Source: Azolla caroliniana
Lineage: Eukaryota; Plantae; Polypodiophyta
DNA: 64,000 nt
Assembly (NCBI GenBank): GCA_043228905.1
Contig: JBHGNT010000021.1
Coordinates: forward strand, 7,316,001 to 7,380,000
Reading direction: 5' to 3'
Shown here: one piece after another, positions 24,595-38,000 of the stretch
Position numbering within the stretch: the first letter of the stretch is position 1
Layout: each line of letters starts with the position of its first letter
Program-made: the position numbers and the translations under genes
The notes under the pieces: generated by a model
What the model saw: the letters and a program-made list of their open reading frames with translations, nothing else
Told to the model about the DNA's origin: nothing
The model's database searches: none

Positions 24595-26540
24595 CAAGCA
24601 AAACTCTCAAATGCTTCTTATCATGTGTTTGTTTGTGTGCTCCTGTTAGAACCCTTAGTTTGAGATGTTTTGGTGCATTATCATCATATCATGTGTTTAA
24701 ACTTAGGTTACACAAGAGTCTACCATGATTCAGTACATTTTCTTTTGTTAAATTAATAGATCAATTTTCCTTTTTTGAATTTAAGAAAGGCTTCAGGCAG
24801 ATTCTCCAAATGTGTTGGCAGATTAATTAGCCAAGATATGATCTCCCTCTTTATGTAATTGTGCATGGAATAGTAGGTTTTTGGAGACGTCTATAGATTT
24901 TGGACTTCTAGGTTTTTAGGGACATCTTAAGTTTTATTTGGACCTCTTTCTGTATATGTATGTGTGCATATATATAATATATACACATAGAATATACCCC
25001 TTTTCTATGATTCTATTAACTGTTTCCATCAATCAATATTTATAGATGCTGTTATACTAGTGCCCTGTCATTTTTGTAAATAAGATAGCCTTCAACAAAC
25101 TTACTAAAAATTGCATAGATTTTGATTGTGCTACTGTGATGTGTTAACAATGGCACAATAGGGCATGAGGCAATGCCAACCATATTCTGTCTAGGAAAGT
25201 TGTTAATCTAATGATAGCTTGTTCATCTTGTTGTTTGCAGGGCGAGGAAGTATTATTAGTTGCCTACAACAATTTGTAAATTGGTTTGTTTGTGTCATAC
25301 ATTGGGTGCATGTTTGCCACTTGGTATGTTACAAGATGCTTATGGGGCATTCTAAATTTTCTAGGATGTTTTGTCAATAAATATATATAGGAAACTTTTT
25401 AAATGTAAAATTTATGCCTATCTCTACAAGTATTAAGGTTCCTTTGATAAGTAAATTTATTGTAAATTATGTACATCTAGATTCTTGCTTCGGTGATTAG
25501 AGTAGCTTCTGTTGTTTGCCTCTTGGTAATTGTTTCACCTACAAAAAATGTAAATATGACCGGAAGAATATTTATGATTATTCACATGTTCTCTCAATTG
25601 GAATTAGTCTGTAAATCATTGGATGAGGGTTTGGTTCAACTACTTAATGAAACACTGAATGAACTATGAGCCTATGTGGATGAATGGGTGATACCTTAAT
25701 CATGTGTTTAAGGTATTTAGAAGTTGCCAATGTTTCAATCCAAGGTTAAGCATCAATCTTGATAACAAATGGGCACTATAACATAATGACCAATGGGTTT
25801 GATGGCATTTATTATGCTTTCAGTTTAATCGTTGCTATTAGTATTTGTTTGAGTTTATGACATAAGGTTAGTTTCCCATTTACCCTCTATGGAGAGGATG
25901 AGTTTGATTGACTAGTGTAATTTGAAGCGGAAAAAATCAAAGAAGAAGAAAAGTGAGGGGAAATGGAGATCCAAGGAAAAAAGTGAGGAATCGAAGATCT
26001 AAACGTACAATGTTGAGCCAACAATAGTAAAGTGTTTGCATCTAAATGAATATATAGAGCCAAATCATGTGTTAGAAAGTTCTTGACGATTTCTTTGCAT
26101 GGAGAGTTAAAACATTGTGGATATCATGTGAAGGTGATTCGAAGTGCACAAGGTTTACTCATACAATAATAGTTGCATGCAACAACTTCCAATAATAGAA
26201 AACACATGAATCTAAACATGAAGCCACACGAATAATTCTTCTAGCCCTCTTTTATTGTTTTGGAGTGTTGTTTCTTATTTACATCTCACATGCATATAAC
26301 CTTTTGCAACTAATTAGATACCTAAGGCATTTGGGAGGATCTTCTATGGATAACTTACACATGGTGATAAGTGGAGTTGATATGGGATTGAATTGTAGCA
26401 TCTCAAAATGTTTTGGAATATTGGCTATGTATTCCAATTGAGATAATGGGATCATGCTTTGAGTTCTATTTCATTTCACTTCAATGCTTGAAAATATGAT
26501 ATCTATGACATGGAACTTGAAACAAGAAAAATATATAACT

Positions 26541-26946
26541 TGTTGAGATATCAAGCTCAACTAGATTTAGTTATTTCTGTAATTGTGTAACTTAGTAGTT
26601 ACATACATAGAATCTAATTAGAGTGTTGACTTCAAAGCCTTAAATAGGATTTTATACTTGTACTTACGTATGGATATGTTCTAGATCCTCCACTACCAAG
26701 TACATTTAATATAGGAGTTACATCCTTGTACCTATATTTTCCTCATACATGTGCACCCTTGCACATGAGATCTATATATACATACCTCATTGTGGGTATT
26801 TTTGTAACTTGATGCTTATTAATATAGGGAAAGGTTATCTAGCTACACTCTTGTTAATCATCCCCCATTTGTCTTATTGTACATAAGTGTAACTTCCTTT
26901 CTCTTTTCCTCACACACACATACACACACATATCAGTTAACCTTTC
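26541..26946 (+). mobile_element. Copia LTR remnant
   Basis: Starts TGTTGAGATATCAAGCTCAAC, the terminal motif shared with the LTRs at 26947 and (minus strand) 35302/40273. Confidence 0.55.
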
Positions 26947-28432
26947 TGTTGAGCGAGCAAGCTCAACTGGATCCGGATCGGGGAGACGGATCAAAGAGCC
27001 AGATTCAAGCGGGAATAGGAAGCCTAGTAGTAGCCTAGACTACTAGGTAATCATTATCTTGTAGTTATCGCATGCAGGAATATTGAAGTACCTGTTAGTA
27101 CTTCTGTTAGTCCTTTATGGACTTGTATAAATAGTGATGTTTAGCACGTTGTAGGTAAAGAGTTTTAGAGTGATAGTTTGAATCTAGTTTATGTTCTGTT
27201 CTCTCTCTCTTTCTTTGTCTCTCCCACGTATAGTCTCTGTGTATTAAGCTTCTCCATTAAACCTTCATCTTATTCTCTGTTGCTATCTGGTTGAGTCGGT
27301 TCTATCTAACGCTTCCACATGCTTACATTAACACTTTCGTTGCTTAATCGCATATGTGATCAACTACTTATATAATTAGACACTAATTAACCCTTAGTTA
27401 GTTACCTTATTATTTACATGGTATCAGAGCGTGTGGTTTAGCATATCTACTAAGCCCACCCGATTCATAGTGAGTGTGTGTTCGAGACATCGACGACAAC
27501 TCCGGCTATCCGCTACTGCATTGCCACTACATAGTAAGTGTATATGATCGAAGAAGGAAAAATCGGAAGAGAAGACACTATATCAACATGAACATACAAA
27601 TGGGTAGCTCGCTCCCTAGTGAAAAGCTTGACCATAACAATTTCTCATCTTGGGAGTACAAATGGGTCGAGGTGGAAGAGGTCATTTCGGCCAAGGCAGA
27701 GGAGGAGGAGTCGGTTGTAAAAACTTTGGCAAGCAAACGGAAACACTCGAGGAACCTTTGGAAGAAGGGGAAGCTTCCATGCTGAACAAGGTCGGCAAAT
27801 AAGGCTTGTTACTTACAACTAATGTGGCAAGATTGGCCACCGTGAAGAGGCATGTTCGTCATGAGACACAAAGCAAACACCATGTCGGCATCCCGTTCGG
27901 CCAACACCTCTACATTAGTAGAAGTATGGTTCATCGATTCTGGCGCCTCTTATCACATGACATCCCACGAGGAGTGGTTCAACGACTTGCGTACGCCCGC
28001 CCGACCCAACTATGTGGAGACAAGAGACGACACCACACATCCCATTCGACACATCGGCAATATTCCATTAGGGAAAGACGACAAAAACAATTGCATCAAG
28101 AATGTCTTGCACGTTCCTACAATAACGAAGAATTTGGTCTCAATTGGCCAAATCGTGGAGCAAGGCATGCAAGTCCGTTTCAATGACGAAGGATGCTTTA
28201 TAGAAAAGAATGACTAACTCAAGGCTGAATGTTCATTCTCGACTTGAACGAGGTGAAATCAACCGTGTATGCCAAAGGTCTCAAGGTTGAGATGAATATC
28301 GAGTTGTGGCACAAGAGAATCGACCACATCAACCTCCAATGGCTTCGAGCGATGTAATCAAAGGGAGTCGTCATCGGACTTCTGGCCTTTGAATCCAAAC
28401 GAGTTGACCGAGTGTGTGAAGCATGTCAACTC
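26947..28432 (+). mobile_element. Internally deleted, truncated Copia (5' LTR 26947-27418, PBS, gag/PR/pre-integrase remnants)
   Basis: TGTTG...TACA LTR and PBS TGGTATCAGAGC at 27419. Gag start MNIQMGSSLPSEKLDHNNFSSWEYK then jumps to the Gag C-terminus. WFIDSGASYHMT and LWHKRIDH..CEAC are present. Confidence 0.85.
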
Positions 28433-29507
28433 ATCTAGAATATCTCTAGAATATACTCATCTAGAATATGCCGTACAATATTTTTAGGATATACTACCGA
28501 CTAGAATATTTTGATTTTGAAATGTACTATATGCTAGACTATAATATACTAAACCATTATATACAAATGTAGGCTCATATCAAAATGGTTGAGCATGACA
28601 TCTTGTAGATGTGAGGTCACAAGTTTAATCCTCACTAACTACGTATTTGACATCACTGTGCCGTGACATCCTCACCAAAGGAAAGTGGAGCGAGACTTGA
28701 ACTAAAATGAAAATGGAGTGCAAGTGAGCGGTTGTGACCCCCACCGGAACTGGGAAGGTGAGCGATCGAAAGCAATCGTGATGCCTATAGATGATAATAA
28801 TGATAATGAAGAGGGTGGAACAATGATGATGAGGATGAGGATGAGGTGTTGCAAAGTAGTGTTGATGAGGATGAATCTTGGGTGAAGAGGTGTTGAAAAT
28901 GATGATGTCAAAGACAGGCATGTTGATGATAGTAACTCCGGAACCAAGGATGGTGATGATGGTAACTCTAGAAGCAAAGGCGATGACAAAAACGGGTGAT
29001 GCGTCCAGTTGGAAGGGATTCAAACTGTCACGGACACACCAAGCGCTAACTAGGACGGAGCACAGATGATGGGGCTACGAGTGACGGATGAACTTGGAGC
29101 TAGATGTGACGAGGCTAGGAACTCTAGATGTTGTGAGCGACATGAGGGCATGAAGACAAAGATAAAGATGAGGCGAAACGAGAATACTAGATTGATGTGT
29201 CAATGACTGGTGTTGAATCCCTTGAAAGGGACCAAGGAGGTTACAAGTATTTATATACATGTTCCGAGATTGAATATATCTAGAATATACTCATCTAGAA
29301 TATGTAGTACAATATTTCTAGAATATACTACCGACTAGAATATTTTGATTCTAAAATGTACTATATGCTAGACTATAGAATCCTAAACCAATATATTATA
29401 TACAAATGCATGCTCATATCAAAATGGTTGAGCATGACATTTTGTAGATGTGAGGTTACAAGTTCAATCTTCACTAACTGCGTATTTGACGTCACTGTGT
29501 CGTGACA
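28432..29507 (-). mobile_element. Small non-coding LTR element (TRIM-like) with a self-complementary PBS
   Basis: 5' LTR at 29026-29507 (TGTCAC...GTGACA). A partial 3' LTR at ~28432-28668 repeats ~29270-29507. The 357-bp internal region has no recognisable domains. The PBS at 29013-29023 is complementary to 29213-29223. Confidence 0.75.
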
Positions 29508-32345
29508 CTAACATTCTCTTTCCAAGATCTCCAAGTATTGGAGTAAGACACGATGCACCATTCCTTGTGAGTAGGTTCAATAATGAAGACATTAGGCAAC
29601 CATCCTCTTCTCTTGTCTCTTTGATAATTGCTACATACAATGATTGAATGGAGTATGTAGGATAGATTGGTTCTACAACCTTTAGAAATACACTAGTTGC
29701 TACTACCATGCATCAAGTGGCTCCTTTATGATCATCAAGTCGTTGATAGTTTTCTTTATTGTTGTTGCGTGTTTATACATCTAATTGGGAACTATTTCAA
29801 TCTTCATATCCCCGCAAAAGAACTAATCTACATGAGGGTTAGCTTAGTCTGTGTTATTGGAGAGCTTTCCTACTTTGTAGGTCATCTGAGAGGAAATTGC
29901 CGCAACACAATGGGGATATTCTATCTCAAAGGCTTCCATTCTTGCTCAACACTTTTGGTGTATGAAATGTATGAATTGGGAATGAATGTGGGGAGAACAA
30001 TCAAGGAATGCATTGTAAATGCAATGTTTAACAAGAGGCATCAAATCATAGAGATTAAAGGAGTAGGTACTACTTCTCTCTTATTTCTCATATAAACGTG
30101 CGCCATTTGGGTGAGCTATATATGTTACATGGTAGGTTGCTATCCAATCCTTTTAGTTTAATGTCCTATTCGTTGGGGCTGCCTGACCAACAATTATTAT
30201 CATACTAATAAAACTAGTCCTATAACATGGTTACCTGGTTAAGTATATTCACTTTTCTTGTTTTGCATGATTTCATTCCATCCGTTTCACACCCATGGGA
30301 CCACCAACATATGGACACGAAACTCTTTATGCAATAGGTCAAGCACATTTTGTTTTATTTGGGAACCTTGATGTACAAATGCAAGAACAATTGAACAAAA
30401 GACAAGAATGTTGTCATTTATTCTGAAGGTCATCATGGAGATGGTAGATTGGCAACCATTGATGGAATGTTTGTATTTGCTTAACATCCGTTCACCACAT
30501 CTCTTTAATCCCAATTCTTTTGCTTTGGATCATCCCAACTCCACATATACATCCCTTTCCTTGGATTTTCAAATTAAAAATTTACAACGCCATCTCAAAT
30601 GCATCATGCAAATTGTGGTCTCCCTCGGAACCCCATGAAACCATGTGTAAGGTTGTAAATACCCACAACGTATTTGCATGTTACTTTGTTGGTGATGAAA
30701 CATTTTGAAAGAGGATTCGGAAGAGCATGAAGTCATTAAAACCAATGCATTAGTTGATTACTTATCCGTACGCTATCTTGAAGAAAGGCATTGGATTTAA
30801 CCGATTACTTTCAATAGCATGGGACAAGATAAGTCAATATCGGAGGATTTTATAAGCATAATGCCATATAAAATTTCCCTTAAGATCCCCTTAACAAGTA
30901 GACACATAAATTAATGCTCATCACATGAACATTCTCTAAGGTTTAAAGGCCATCCTAATACTATATCATATTAAGGTCTTTTAAGATTTCGATTGTGGAG
31001 GATTCTTTTTGCCACTTATTTGCAATGTGACACTCCCATCCGTAAGGAGTATTGGAATGTGTGGATGTTAACTAATTACATGATTTCAAAACATGCAAAT
31101 ATCAATGGATGAAAAGTCTATGCATTAACGTGTAATAACAAAATAGATTACTTGAAACCCTAAATGGTGTCCATATATTAATCCATAGTCATTGAAATCA
31201 AGCACAATGGAAACTGATAGCAAGGCATCTATAGTGAAATTAGAAGAACCTTTTTCAACACAATTACGTAATGGAAGAGGACGGATCACTCTAGGTAGTT
31301 TCCTATGGATATATTCTTGGTCATCAAAGTTAATGTTCCTAATCAACATGAAGTTCAATATTGAAAACTAGATTGGAATGTAGAAAGCTACATAGAACAT
31401 GACACTTGATTGATTAATTGGCTGAATGAAAATCATAACTAGGGATAATCTGTCACCTTAACCTACTTAATAATATCAATTGACAATGACCTTTCAACCC
31501 ATCTACAAAATCTAACTCCTAACCCTTCTCAGACATATACATATTCCATGGATAATTTGTGTTGGTAGTTTTCGATTAACATTATGATATGGGATCGGTT
31601 ATTACAAGACTTAAATCTTATATTGAGCATGTCTATTATAGGTAGGTCATCAATGACGTCGAGAGTTCTTATAACCAATTTTTTGTGAAACTTGGAGTCG
31701 ATGGATGGGGGGATTGAAATTGCATAATCGTAATGTACAAGGGCATAACCTTGTATTAGATGGTGCAAAAATTATTAACTACCTATGTCGTCGACATAAA
31801 GTTTAGAAATGAAAACGAACGTGACGAATGCTATTCCCTAAGTGTTTTCCTAGTACCCAAAAGAGCTAAAGAAGAGGATTGCATCGACGACGCATTGCCA
31901 TGCTTATATATTTATACATTCTTACCGAAACGACCGAAACATCATCATCGTACATGAGTTAGTGTAAGGTGAGGGAAAGTAAGGCCAAGCCAATCAACCT
32001 AACAAATTGCACGGAGATAAGTGAGTGTCGGAATATAATCGTGTTCTGGGAGTGATTAAGGTATGGAAAGAAATTGAAGGACCGAAATATATACATATAT
32101 ATAGATATAGTCTTATAGATATATCATATAGATATATATACACGTAGACTCGTAGTGACGTATGTATAGACGGAGATTAAAAAGTTGTTCCGTCAGGATT
32201 CGAACTCAGGCACATCACACACTAAACACATAAATATTGGTTTTTTGTTTTTTTGGGAGAAGAACAATTTATGAGCATATATGTTATTATTATAAATTTA
32301 TTATTAAGTGTGATTTTGTTTCTACATTCGATCCATGGACGTCCC

Positions 32346-33392
32346 TCATGAGGAGACGAACAAGATCGCCGCCGCCGCCGCCACCAGCAAGCAGTTGCGC
32401 CGCCGGACGTGGCGTGCGCCGCCGCCGACACCATCCGCCGCCACCGGAGCCACAGGGCTCACCGCATGGACTGCTATGCTGCTCGCGGAGGATTGGAAAT
32501 CACTCGAAGCGCCTCCTCCTCCTGCCGCCACCTCCGTGGGTGGCGGCGAAGAAGAAGAAGCCGCATTCGTACTGGTCCCGTAGCCTGTCGCCATCACTGG
32601 AGGCGGCGATGGCGATGGCGATGGCGATGGAGACAGCGATGGTGGCACCAAGCCGGTGGATGTGGCAGCCCGATCCACGGGACTTCTAGCGAGCGGTGGC
32701 GGTGGCGGTGGCGCAGGCAGAGCAATGGCGGTGGAGGCGGCGGTAGCGAGCGGAAGGACGCGGTCGAGGCCATGGCAGGTGATGAGGTGGGCGAGGGAGC
32801 GCGGGCAGATGTCAGGGTGGACGATGCGGGCGGCGTCGTCGATGAGGAGGAGGAAGGAGGAGGAGGAAGTGGAGGAGGAGGAGGAAGTGGAGGAGGAGGA
32901 GGAGATGCGGTGGCGGAAGGCGTCGCCAAGGAGGGTGGGGAGGAGGGCGCCGTCGGGCAGGAGGAGGAGGTCGGCGAAGGTGAGGTTAGAGGTGAGCATG
33001 TGGAAGCGGGCCACAGATTGGGGGGGCTGGGGCTGGGGCTGGCGGAGGACGGCGGCAGCGGCGGAGGCGGCGAAGATGGCGGCGTCGCTGGGGAGGAGGA
33101 GGGTGGTGGGTGTGAGGGCGAGGGGGCGGAGGTACGGAAGGAGGAGAGCGGCGGTGTAGAATGTGGCGCCGCCGCCACCGCCGCCATCGAGGAGGAGAGG
33201 GGCGCGGCGGAGGGATTGGGCCACGGCGGCGGCGGCGTCGGGCGGGAGTGGGCGGCGGGACGTAGGAGGAGCCGAAGCGGCACCGGCGGCGAGCTCGAGA
33301 AGCATAACTACTACTACTAGTACTACCACAGCTTGTACGATGGCCATGTTTTGACGAGCTAGTACGGTGGCGGCGGAGGTGAGGGCAGCCAT
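32346..33392 (-). CDS. Fasciclin-like arabinogalactan protein (signal peptide, FAS1 domain, Pro/Ser-rich region, probable GPI signal)
   Basis: Intact 348-aa ORF. Hydrophobic N-terminus (VVVLVVVVMLLELAAGA; the start may be the second Met). FAS1 H1-like TTLLLPSDAAI, ARFHML, H2-like ITCHGLDRVLP, SPSPSP/PPPP tracts and a hydrophobic C-terminal tail. Confidence 0.85.
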   Translation of the reverse strand: MAALTSAATVLARQNMAIVQAVVVLVVVVMLLELAAGAASAPPTSRRPLPPDAAAAVAQSLRRAPLLLDGGGGGGATFYTAALLLPYLRPLALTPTTLLLPSDAAIFAASAAAAVLRQPQPQPPQSVARFHMLTSNLTFADLLLLPDGALLPTLLGDAFRHRISSSSSTSSSSSTSSSSFLLLIDDAARIVHPDICPRSLAHLITCHGLDRVLPLATAASTAIALPAPPPPPPLARSPVDRAATSTGLVPPSLSPSPSPSPSPPPVMATGYGTSTNAASSSSPPPTEVAAGGGGASSDFQSSASSIAVHAVSPVAPVAADGVGGGARHVRRRNCLLVAAAAAILFVSS

Positions 33393-33654
33393 GTAAACAA
33401 TCCTGTTCGGGCGGGCGGGGGAGAGGGGGGAATGTAGATGGCGGGAGATTAAACCCGAAGACCGGGTGGATGGCGGCAGCCCCGGGGCTCAGTTTAATTT
33501 GATATGCATATGTTCCCCCTTAGGGCCCGAGAGCTTCTTATTTATAGAGGGAATTATTTGGCGGAGGAGGAATTTGGCGGCGGCAGAGGAAGTGGCAACA
33601 AGCAAGCAAGCAAGAAAGAAAGAAAGAAGAAGGCGGAGTGCCAAACGCTTCATT

Positions 33655-33690
33655 GAGTGAGTGAGTGAGTGAGTGAGTGAGTGAGTGAGT
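33655..33690. repeat. (GAGT)n microsatellite upstream of the FLA gene
   Basis: Read directly from the sequence. Confidence 0.9.
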
Positions 33691-34902
33691 GGGCCTTTTT
33701 TTTCTTCTCTTTTTTGTGTGTGTGTTGTCACCACCACAACCAAAAACCCCAAAAGAAACCCACACACAAAATTTATGTACAAAAAAGAAAAAAGGTTTAA
33801 GAATGAAGGAATTATAAGGTAATATGTGTATTGCTTACTCTCTTTGTGCTTTTTTGTTTGTGTTTTCTTTTTGTTTGCCGTTGTTATGATGGTTTCCAAA
33901 AACCAAAAAAACAGAATGACCCAAGGACCAGAAAAAGGAAAAATAAATGTACCCCTCCGAGAGCGTGAAACCAATTATGTGTCGTTCCAATACATGACCT
34001 CTCGTCGCATGGTGTTCTTCAGCGACCTACCACGGTCCGTGCTCGTATTCCAATGTGAAACCAATTATGTCTTGTCTGATACATGATCTCTTGTCTCATT
34101 GTTCTTTTCAGTGTGTCAGCTGTGGTCGGTGCTCGTATGCAAGAAGGAACGTTTAGCTTAATGCAAATGGCTAGATGCAATCGAATAAGTACATACCTCA
34201 AAGTAAGTACAATACTTTCCATACTGATTTTTGTAGAACTTGATCGAGAATTCTGAATGGTTATATTACTGGGAAGACCTGTGCATACCCCACCCACCTT
34301 TTCTCTCATTAATTTTTATACTCCAACTTGAGAGTGGAGGGGTTTTCACATTGTCGATGATAAATAGAGATCATTGAAGCGTCATTTCGTGTGCATTGCT
34401 CTCTACCTTTGGCTACATGTACTTTAAAACCACATGTGTTCTCAATGACTTACGCTCAAAGTCATAGAAATCGTTAATGTCATAGCTGTGGGAGTAATGA
34501 AATTCCCCAAATTTCATTCCAAGGATTATTCACCCTGAAAAGGTTTAAAGAGAGTGCAAAAATGCATATTTAAAAAATATATAATTAACCTATATGATCT
34601 AATAGATTTGCATGCATATGAGAATCATATGGAAGCGACATTTCCTAATTGGATAAGCATAAAAAGTTGAAAAACTATCAAATTTGGAAATCGAAACATT
34701 TGAAGTTATCCAAACATCAAGTGTCCAAGCTTTAAATCTAAAGCTTCGATGTCAATGAGCCACATGATCTCCCCCAAAGCAAAGGAATACAACAATCTAG
34801 ATAAATGATCCATGAGCAACATCATATTAAAAACACGATAATGCTAGTGCGAAGTCTATGAGTGAATTCATCGATATATAGCCATGCATTTTCATAAGTA
34901 AC

Positions 34903-34965
34903 TGTAAAGAATCAAGAGATGGATTCTTGTGAACACTGTGTGTGTGTGTGTATGAGATAGAGATA

Positions 34966-35009
<44 letters not shown>

Positions 35010-38000
35010 ACACAATGTTAAGTATATTAACAAAGGAGAAAGACACAACATTATACAAGGTGGGAGGAGGGTGCTTTATGTAGTCACCCTCTCTCTTCAT
35101 TAACTATAAGACTCATGAAGACTCATGGAACACGGGGAATGTGAAAGCTCATAAGTTATGTGTCATAGAATATGATTCTATGACTCATACTAAATGCTAG
35201 AATACAAAGTGGCGACTTAATGGTGACTCTTGACCGTTGGAGTGTCTATTCACTCTCAAGGTGAGTTCACACACTAGACCAGGTTGAGCTTGATTCTCAA
35301 CACGCACCCTCAAGCTCAAGTCGGGTCAGTTTTAGACGGTATTCGAAATCCGCTTCGACTCGCGTTCCGGTGTCCACGTTGACTCGCGTTGACTCGCTTT
35401 ATGTAGAGTTGCGGAATCCGTGCTCCATCTTGCGTTGTGCGTAGTTGTGAAGTCTGTGCTTCGGCTTGCGTCTTTCTTCGCGGCTTTGAGTGGTAGATCG
35501 GCTCTTCACAACTTCTTTGCGTGGTTTCAGAATCCACACGTTATTGCGTAATGCGCGGTTGCGGAATCTACGCGTTATTGCGTAGTGTCTTGCATACTCC
35601 CCCTAAAGCTTGGCAGGTCAGGGATCGTTAATCCGAGATCGGTCATGAATTGCCATAGCTTGTCGACTCCTAAAGCCTTAGTGAAGATGTCGACCGTTTG
35701 AAGATTTGTGCTAATGTGTTGTAGGTCGACATCGCCAGCTAGAATGCGCTCTCGGATGAAGTGATAGTGCACTTCGATGTGCTTTGTCTGCGCGTGGAAC
35801 ACCGGGTTCCGAGCTAGATAGATACTACTCATGTTGTCGCAGTAAAGAGAAGTCAGATCCTTGATGGGTACGCCCAGATCCTTCAAAATCCTCTTGAGCC
35901 ATACGGCTTCACACACAGCTACGACTGCGCCCCTGTATTCCGCCTCCATACTCGAAAGAGCGACGGTAGGCTGCTTCTTGCTACTCCAGGATATTGCTCC
36001 GCTGCCGAGGGAGAAAACAAATCCGGAGGTTGATCTTCTATCGGCTTTGTAGCCGGCCCAATCGGCGTCTGTGTACCCCTCGAGTCGTATTGGCATCGCG
36101 GTCTTGTAGAGGATGCCGCAATCCATTGTGCCACTCACGTATTGTAGAACTCGCTTAGTGCAATCCAAGTGAGTATTACGCGGTGTTTGCATGAATTGGC
36201 TAAGGAGACCGACCGGATAACTGAGATTGGGTCGTGTGATCGTGAGGTAGATGAGACTCCCGATGAGTTGCCGATACTAAGTCGGCTCACATGCTTTGGT
36301 GCCAGAGTGCGCATCTAGTTTGAGATTACGATCGAGCGGGGTTGCCACAGATTTGCACTCAGCCATCCCGAACTTGTATAACAAGTTGAGGATGTAGTGC
36401 CGTTGAGAGATCATGATTCTGGTCGGAGTCCGAATTACCTTGATGCCGAGGAAGTAGTGGAGCTCCTTCATGTCCGTCATCTCGAACTTGTCGGAAAGGA
36501 GGGATTTGACTTTATTGATTTCGACGAGATGCTCACCTCCAATGACTAGGTCATCCACATATAAAAAGATGACGATCGGACTTGCGGAATCGCTTCATAT
36601 GTAGAGGGAGTTGTCCGATTTTGACATATGGAAGCCGATTTGATGAAGATATTGCGTTATCTTCGATTGCCAAGCACGCGGTGCTTGCTTGAGGCCGTAG
36701 AGTGGCTTCTTGAGTTGGCAATCAACTTTCGGATGGGTGCTCGAGTTGAAGCCGGGTGGTTGGATCATGTACACCTCTTCTAATTCGCCTTGTAGAAAGG
36801 CGTTCTTGACGTCCATTTGATGGAGGTGCCACCCTTTCCCTGCGGCAATCACAATTATGGTCCGCACCGTCGTCATCTTTGCCACCAGGGCAAAGGTCTC
36901 TTCGTAGTCGACGCCATGTGTCTGAGCGTATCCTTTCGCTACGAGTCAAGATTTGTAGCGGTTTATGGAGCCATCAACGTTATACTTCACCTTGTAGATC
37001 CATCTGCATCCGATCGCCTTTTTGTGTGGTGAGGTGGGAACAAGATCCCACGTCTTGTTCTTCCGTAGTGCCTGAATCTCCTCGTTCATTGCTTCGATCC
37101 ATCGCGGGTCCTTCGTGGCTTTCGAAAAGGTTTCCGGCTCCTGTACTATCGCTACCTTCATCATAAATGCGTAATGGTACGTCATATAATTGTTGTAGCC
37201 AAATCGGCTTACGGGGTTCTTGTCACGGGTGGATCGGCGAAGCTTTTCATTTGTAGAGATGAGGGCTTTCTTAGCTCCGATTGGTACCTTGAAACCGCCG
37301 AACTCACTATTGAGTGAGTGAGTCGACTCATCGTCGTCGAAGCGATCGTCTTCGTATTCCGCCATTTTCGCCTTGCCTCTGGTTGGAGTCAGAGTTGGAG
37401 TTGTCTCTGATGCGTACCAGGATGCGGACTCGTCGAAAACGACGTCTCGACTTACTCGAGATTTTCGAGTTGAGGGGTTGTAGCACTTGTACCCCTTTTG
37501 CTCCAATGAGTATCCTACGAGGATACATTTCTCCGACTTCGGGTCAAGCTTTTGACGCTTCTCGTCGTGGATGTGCACGTACGCTATCGCTCTGAATATG
37601 TGGATGTGCCATAAGTCCGGCTTCTTTCCGAAGTATTTTTCGTGCGGAGTGACCTCGTGCACGCCGGATGTTGTGCACTGGTTCATTAGGTAGACGGCCG
37701 TATTTGCAACTTCGGCCCAATATGACTTGGGCATATGCTTCTCGTTCATCATGGCCCGCGCTACTTCGAGGATGTGCCGATTTTTGCGCTCGGCTACCCC
37801 GTTTTGTTGTGGAGTGTGTCGGCAAGTGAATTCTCGCCGAATTCCTTCCTTTCGGAGATACGCCGTGAAGTCGTCCGAGAAGTACTCCTTGCCGCCATCC
37901 GATCGAAGACAACATACATGTCGGCCCGTGGCTTTCTCGACTTCATTCTTGAAAGCTTGGAAGTGTCTGAACACTTCGGTCTTTTGCCACATCGGGTAGA

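Noticed and set aside
29520-31960. Short ORFs in AT-rich sequence (also 1-3000 and 24700-26500)
   Set aside because: No recognisable motifs. Probably old TE debris that cannot be classified by eye.
32180-32225. B-box-like GTTCGAATCC plus TTTT on the minus strand
   Set aside because: No cloverleaf or clear A-box, so it is at most a SINE remnant.
32237-33354. Several long overlapping ORFs in other frames over the FLA gene (e.g. 32409-33320 +, 32594-33283 -)
   Set aside because: Low-complexity by-products of very high GC with few stop codons. Only 32346-33392 has coherent domain structure.
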